From the IMG/VR virus record IMGVR_UViG_3300025030_000069: 64,000 nucleotides of DNA, one strand, 5' to 3'. Below, in pieces: positions 59,675 through 64,000 of this stretch. Source of the DNA: an uncultured virus (IMG/VR IMGVR_UViG_3300025030_000069). Its lineage: Duplodnaviria; Heunggongvirae; Uroviricota; Caudoviricetes; Crassvirales. A model generated the notes under the pieces. It searched no databases, was not told the origin of the DNA, and saw only the letters and a program-made list of their open reading frames with translations. Every line of letters starts with the position of its first letter. Within the stretch, counting starts at the first letter, position 1. A program made the position numbers and the translations under genes.

Positions 59675-59851
59675 ATGAATTTTTCAGGTATATATTCTAT
59701 TAGAAATAGTGTAAATAATAAAATTTATATAGGATCTTCTTGTAATTTAAAACGTAGAATTTTAAGACACAAAACAGAATTAAAACATAATAAACATTAT
59801 AATAAACATTTACAAAGAGCATATAATAAATATAATAACAACAATAATTAA
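59675..59851 (+). pseudogene. Truncated GIY-YIG endonuclease (58 aa)
   Basis: MNFSGIYSIRNSVNNKIYIGSS.NLKRR..RH...HYNKHLQRAYNKY, then poly-N and a stop. Confidence 0.75.
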
Positions 59852-59856
59852 ATATT

Positions 59857-60237
59857 ATGAAAAAAGAAATTAAATTTATTCCTACAAGAGACGGTGTACT
59901 TGTAAATTGGAAAGCATCCGATAGTAAATTAATGCTATCCCCTGAATTAAAAAAAGAAATAGAAATGGCAGAAAATGGAATTGTAGAAGTAGTTGAAATT
60001 GGACCAGATGTTAAAAATATTAAACCAGGACAATTTGTACTTCTTAATGCTGCTGGAAGACTTATCAATTTAAATAATAAAACGTATGGACTTATTAAAT
60101 CTTTTCAAATAGATGGTATTTATAGTGAAAAACCTGATTTTGTTAAATTAGAAGTATCAGAATCTGCACTTAATATTAACACTTCTAAAACAGAACAGAA
60201 AATAAGTCAACTTAATAAAAAATTCGATATTAATTAA
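59857..60237 (+). CDS. GroES/Cpn10-like co-chaperonin
   Basis: FIPTRDGVLV...VVEIGPDVKNIKPGQFVLL...YGLIKSFQIDG. Confidence 0.7.
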   Translation: MKKEIKFIPTRDGVLVNWKASDSKLMLSPELKKEIEMAENGIVEVVEIGPDVKNIKPGQFVLLNAAGRLINLNNKTYGLIKSFQIDGIYSEKPDFVKLEVSESALNINTSKTEQKISQLNKKFDIN

Positions 60238-60238
60238 T

Positions 60239-60493
60239 ATGAGACTTACAATAGACAACACTAAAAAAATAATTGAAGTTAAAGAATCAATTAATCTTGA
60301 GGAATTATACAAAGTATTGCAAGAAATACTACCTGAAATATGGAAAAAATATAACTTAGAAATTCCTACTTTAATTAATTTAGGTAATACTATATATATA
60401 AAAGAAGTTCAGCCTTATATTCAAACATATATTAGTCCAGATAATTCATATAATCCTCCTTTTCATACTACTTGTAATACAATGGAAAAATAA
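60239..60493 (+). CDS. Hypothetical protein
   Basis: ORF. Confidence 0.6.
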   Translation: MRLTIDNTKKIIEVKESINLEELYKVLQEILPEIWKKYNLEIPTLINLGNTIYIKEVQPYIQTYISPDNSYNPPFHTTCNTMEK

Positions 60494-60502
60494 CTTAGCA
60501 TT

Positions 60503-60760
60503 ATGCCAAAATTTAGATGTGAACATATAGAATGTCCTGATATAGGAAAAATACACGATATTAAAATAACAAACTACAGAATAAATTCTCAAGGAGATGT
60601 AGTTTGTTCTCAAGCTAAATGTCCTACTTGTAAAATGGACATGGAAGATATTAGTGTATTTGAAGGATTTCCAACAATTAAAAAACCATTTAAAGACAGA
60701 AGTCAAAATTATTATAAGAAATATAATAAATTACCAAATGAAAATTCTAAATATATATGA
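60503..60760 (+). CDS. Zinc-ribbon protein (FmdB-like)
   Basis: MPKFRCEHIEC...CPTC. Confidence 0.6.
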   Translation: MPKFRCEHIECPDIGKIHDIKITNYRINSQGDVVCSQAKCPTCKMDMEDISVFEGFPTIKKPFKDRSQNYYKKYNKLPNENSKYI

Positions 60761-61308
60761 GATTATTCGATTTAAAAAATGATATTGTAAGTTTTTCAGA
60801 AGAGGCACTGCTACTAAAACCATTTAGAATTCTTTGGGATAGAGATAAATCTAAGAATAAATCTCTTGCTGCAGCAGAACTTTCGGCAATTTATTTTTAT
60901 GCAGATTATAAATCTGATTTCTCTGATATAATGGAAGAAGAAGAGAAACTTAAATTAATTAAATCATATATAGTAGGTATGCCTGAAAATTGGCAACCTG
61001 ATGAAGTATTTAATAAAGCAGTAGAGTTTTATAAAGAAAGAAGTTGTACACAATCTATAAAACTATTAGAGAGTACAAGGCGTACTGTAAGTAAAATAAC
61101 AACTTATCTGGATAATGTAGATTTAAATGAAGTTGATAAACAAGGAAAACTTAAATTTAATGTTAAACAGATATTAGATACTATTTCAGATGCAGGAGAT
61201 TTGCCAACTGCTCTTAATAAACTTGAACAACAAGTTAAGAAAGAATTGATGGAGAAAAAAGAAAATATAGGGCAAAAAAAAATGAATTTATTTGAAAATG
61301 GAATATAG
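60757..61308 (+). CDS. Conserved-looking crAss-like protein upstream of TerL (possible small terminase)
   Basis: SEEALLLKPF..LWDRDKSK.K...ELSAIYF..DYKSD; helical; position before terL. Confidence 0.5.
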   Translation: MRLFDLKNDIVSFSEEALLLKPFRILWDRDKSKNKSLAAAELSAIYFYADYKSDFSDIMEEEEKLKLIKSYIVGMPENWQPDEVFNKAVEFYKERSCTQSIKLLESTRRTVSKITTYLDNVDLNEVDKQGKLKFNVKQILDTISDAGDLPTALNKLEQQVKKELMEKKENIGQKKMNLFENGI

Positions 61309-61924
61309 AAAAATAAGTAGAAGCGAATTATATTTTCAAAGAAGAAGAGAAGAGGCTTCAAAATTAAATATAGGAAAAATTATAGATAATTGTACTATAA
61401 TTAAACATTTAAGATTTGAAAAAGTTTCAACATTAAAAAACGGAAAAGAAAAAAAGACTTCTGTTTATTTATTTAAATGTCATTGTGGAAATACATTTGA
61501 AAAAAAACTTGGAATTAAACAAATTTATAGTTGCGGTTGTATTACAAAACAATTAATGTCTTTACCAAGACCAAAAAATATAAAAAAAGATTCTTCTTTT
61601 AATGAATTATACAGTTCTTATAAAAGTAGAGCATCTTATACATTAAAATTATTTACTTTGACTAAAGAAGAATTTAAAAAAATTACTTCTTCAAATTGTA
61701 TTTATTGTGGAATCAATCCTATTCAAAAACTTAATACTAAAATAAATAATCAAAGTAAAAATATTTATTATTACAATGGTATAGATAGAAAAGATTCTTC
61801 TAAAGGTTATATTCTTGATAATTGTCAACCTTGTTGTGAAATTTGTAATAAAGCAAAAAGAGATTTACCAGAAGATACTTTTATTATATGGTTAAAAAGA
61901 ATTGCTAATAAATGGAAAGAATAA
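61292..61924 (+). CDS. HNH homing endonuclease inserted before terL
   Basis: FKCHCG...SCGC...CIYCG...NGIDRKDSSKGY..DNCQPCCEICNKAK. Confidence 0.88.
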   Translation: MKMEYRKISRSELYFQRRREEASKLNIGKIIDNCTIIKHLRFEKVSTLKNGKEKKTSVYLFKCHCGNTFEKKLGIKQIYSCGCITKQLMSLPRPKNIKKDSSFNELYSSYKSRASYTLKLFTLTKEEFKKITSSNCIYCGINPIQKLNTKINNQSKNIYYYNGIDRKDSSKGYILDNCQPCCEICNKAKRDLPEDTFIIWLKRIANKWKE

Positions 61925-64000
61925 TGGTATTAAATAACTATCAAACACAACTTACTGAAGAATATTTAAAAACTATTCCTGCTGCTGTAAAAGCAGACTT
62001 ACTCGACTATATAGAAAATATAAAATTTATTCAAAATTTAACTTCTATTAATAGACCTCATCTTATAGATACTCCAAAAGATGAAACTGGAAAAGTAATA
62101 GTTGATTTAGTTAATCCACACAGATTAACTGATATGGATTACTTTAGGCAACCTGCTATTTATTTTGAAAGACATAATTGTTATACTAAAATTCCACCTA
62201 ATAAAAATCCTCAATCTGAATATGCTAAATTTTGGAGAGAAGAAAAAAGAAGATGGGCAGAAGGATTAACAAGACCTGATGGAGAATGGATTCCTGGACC
62301 ATATTATTTCTATCTTAACTATTCTCCTATATGGAGAGTGGATATGAATGAAGAAGATGTTAAAAAAGGTAAAAAGATTGCAAAAAGAATTAAAAATTTC
62401 GGAGATGTATATTTAGGTGATTATCTATTCTTTCATTATCTTCATCAAGCTCATAATGGAGGTAAGTATAATAACTTTCAAGGAGGTAGTCACGCAAAAC
62501 TTTTGAAGACAAGAGGTTGCGGATTTTCTTTCAAGATGGGGGCTATTTCTCCTTGTACTATGTATGTAGAAGAAGGACTTCCATGTTTTCATATAGCATC
62601 TGATAAATCATTTTTATTGGGAGAAAAAGGAGTATATGGCAAAGTAGTAGATACTCTTGATTGGATAGCAGAAAATACACCATTTTCTAAATTAAGAATT
62701 ATAGATACTCCTTTAGAAAAACAATTAGGATATAAAGATGAATATGGTATTAAACAAGGTTTAAAATCTACTGTATTTGGAATATCAATTAAAGATGATC
62801 CTGATAAAGCCAGAGGAGCAAGAGGACCACTTATTCATTATGAAGAAGATGGAGTAATGCCTAATTTGGAAAATGCCTGGAACGTAAATAGAGCAGCAGT
62901 TGAAGCAGGAGGTATTGTATTTGGATTAATGATTGCAGGTGGATGTGTTTGTGCAGGAACTAAAGTATGGAATAACAATGGAGATTTAATAAATATAGAA
63001 AATTTAAAACAAGAAGAAGGTATTTTAGGATTCGATGGAGAAAAAGTATCAAAAGAAAATATTTCTTATTGGCAAGAATCAAAAGATAAACCTTGTTATA
63101 AAATCACAACTAATACTTTTAGAACTTTAGAATGTAGTGAAGATCATCCTATTTTATGGAGTAAATTAGCTTTAAATTATACTCCAAGAATGAAAGATTC
63201 TGACGGAAAATATTTAGAAAAAAGAGTAATTACAAAAAAAGTTATTTTTAAACAAACTAAAGATATAAAAATAGGAGAACAAATAGCAATTATTGATGAA
63301 GTAAATATATTTGGAAATAAAAAAATGTGGGAACCACGAGTAGTAGGATGGTTAATTGGAGATGGTTCTTATGGTAAAGATAAAACTCCTGTATTATCTA
63401 ATTGTGAAATTGAAATTAATAATTACATTGAAAATAATTTAAATACTGTAATTGAAAAACAATATATTACAAAATCAGATAATACTAAATTATATAAAGA
63501 AACACGGATCAAAGATATTTGTCCCAAGCTAAGAGAATTGGGTATTTATGGGCAAACAAAATTAAAAAAAACTCTTCCATTAAATATTCATTCTTATTTA
63601 AAAGAAGATTTGCAAAATTTTATAGGAGGACTTTATGATACTGATGGACATATTTCAAAAGAAGGAAAAATAAGTTTATCTTCAATGTCTTTAACTCTAT
63701 TACAAGAAGTTCAACTTCTTTTGCAAAAATTTGGAATTCATAGTAATATTAATAGGCATAAGAAAAATATAAACAATCCTAAAGATAAAAATGATTATTT
63801 TGTTCTTGAAATTTCAAGGAAAAACAGTGTATTAAATTTCGTAAAAAATATAACATTATTTCCAAAAGAAAAACAAAAAAGATTAAATACATTTAATAAT
63901 TTATATTTAAATAGAAAAGATAGTCATAGCTTAAAAATAAAAGGAATTAATTTTGAAAGAGTAACAAATATTGAATATATTGGAATTAAACCAGTTTATA
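61924..64000 (+). CDS. terL: Terminase large subunit (crAss-like), 3'-truncated, contains an intein; absent from the ORF track
   Basis: ATG at 61924 overlaps the HNH stop, and the frame stays open to the window end. Motifs YYFYLNY, Walker A-like LKTRGCGFS, KARGARG, Walker B HYEEDG, and MIAGG. Confidence 0.9.
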   Translation, partial: MVLNNYQTQLTEEYLKTIPAAVKADLLDYIENIKFIQNLTSINRPHLIDTPKDETGKVIVDLVNPHRLTDMDYFRQPAIYFERHNCYTKIPPNKNPQSEYAKFWREEKRRWAEGLTRPDGEWIPGPYYFYLNYSPIWRVDMNEEDVKKGKKIAKRIKNFGDVYLGDYLFFHYLHQAHNGGKYNNFQGGSHAKLLKTRGCGFSFKMGAISPCTMYVEEGLPCFHIASDKSFLLGEKGVYGKVVDTLDWIAENTPFSKLRIIDTPLEKQLGYKDEYGIKQGLKSTVFGISIKDDPDKARGARGPLIHYEEDGVMPNLENAWNVNRAAVEAGGIVFGLMIAGGCVCAGTKVWNNNGDLINIENLKQEEGILGFDGEKVSKENISYWQESKDKPCYKITTNTFRTLECSEDHPILWSKLALNYTPRMKDSDGKYLEKRVITKKVIFKQTKDIKIGEQIAIIDEVNIFGNKKMWEPRVVGWLIGDGSYGKDKTPVLSNCEIEINNYIENNLNTVIEKQYITKSDNTKLYKETRIKDICPKLRELGIYGQTKLKKTLPLNIHSYLKEDLQNFIGGLYDTDGHISKEGKISLSSMSLTLLQEVQLLLQKFGIHSNINRHKKNINNPKDKNDYFVLEISRKNSVLNFVKNITLFPKEKQKRLNTFNNLYLNRKDSHSLKIKGINFERVTNIEYIGIKPVY
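62944..64000 (+). mobile_element. Intein with a LAGLIDADG endonuclease in TerL
   Basis: Block A CVCAGTKV after 340 extein codons; block B LECSEDHPIL; blocks C and E GWLIGDGS and GGLYDTDG; block F ...IEYIGIKPVY at the window edge. Confidence 0.9.

Noticed and set aside
59700..60068. Minus-strand ORFs over the late genes (also 57757, 60446, 61104) and plus-strand ORFs over replication genes (22403, 23200, 28219, 30788, 36022, 39467, 40149)
   Set aside because: They overlap better-supported genes on the opposite strand and carry no recognisable motifs.
1..64000. Stop-codon reassignment as seen in some crAss-like phages
   Set aside because: Genes are full length in the standard code, including the 4,734-aa ORF. 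Breaks are explained by introns or frameshifts, and no suppressor tRNA was seen.

Overview
A 64-kb, very AT-rich segment of a crAss-like (Crassvirales-type) bacteriophage. It is read in the standard genetic code, and repeated TTTG-N19/20-TAnnTTTG promoters point to a Bacteroidota host. Bases 1-19.5 kb (+) carry virion cargo genes, ending in a 4,734-aa virion RNA polymerase polyprotein. Bases 19.5-53.5 kb (-) carry early and replication genes: a family B DNA polymerase split by two group I introns with homing endonucleases, primase, DnaB-like and SF2 helicases, a Sak4-like ATPase, a resolvase and a frameshifted exonuclease. The same block holds a ubiquitin-like conjugation operon (Ubl, E2-like, intron-split JAB, E1) and a DUF6745-like locus with three xSQL tandem-repeat genes. 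Bases 53.5-64 kb (mostly +) carry tRNAs, small late genes, a GroES-like protein and an intein-containing large terminase that runs off the window. Four observations stand out: (1) a classical leader-peptide attenuator with Pro/Gln codons placed directly before the phage tRNA-Pro(UGG) and tRNA-Gln(UUG) genes; (2) a -1 frameshift signal (G_GGU_UUU plus a pseudoknot) that fuses a cargo protein to an M15-like peptidase; (3) the ubiquitin-like operon, whose JAMM motif is rebuilt only by splicing; (4) several candidate structured ncRNAs. All family assignments come from reading motifs by eye; no database searches were run.
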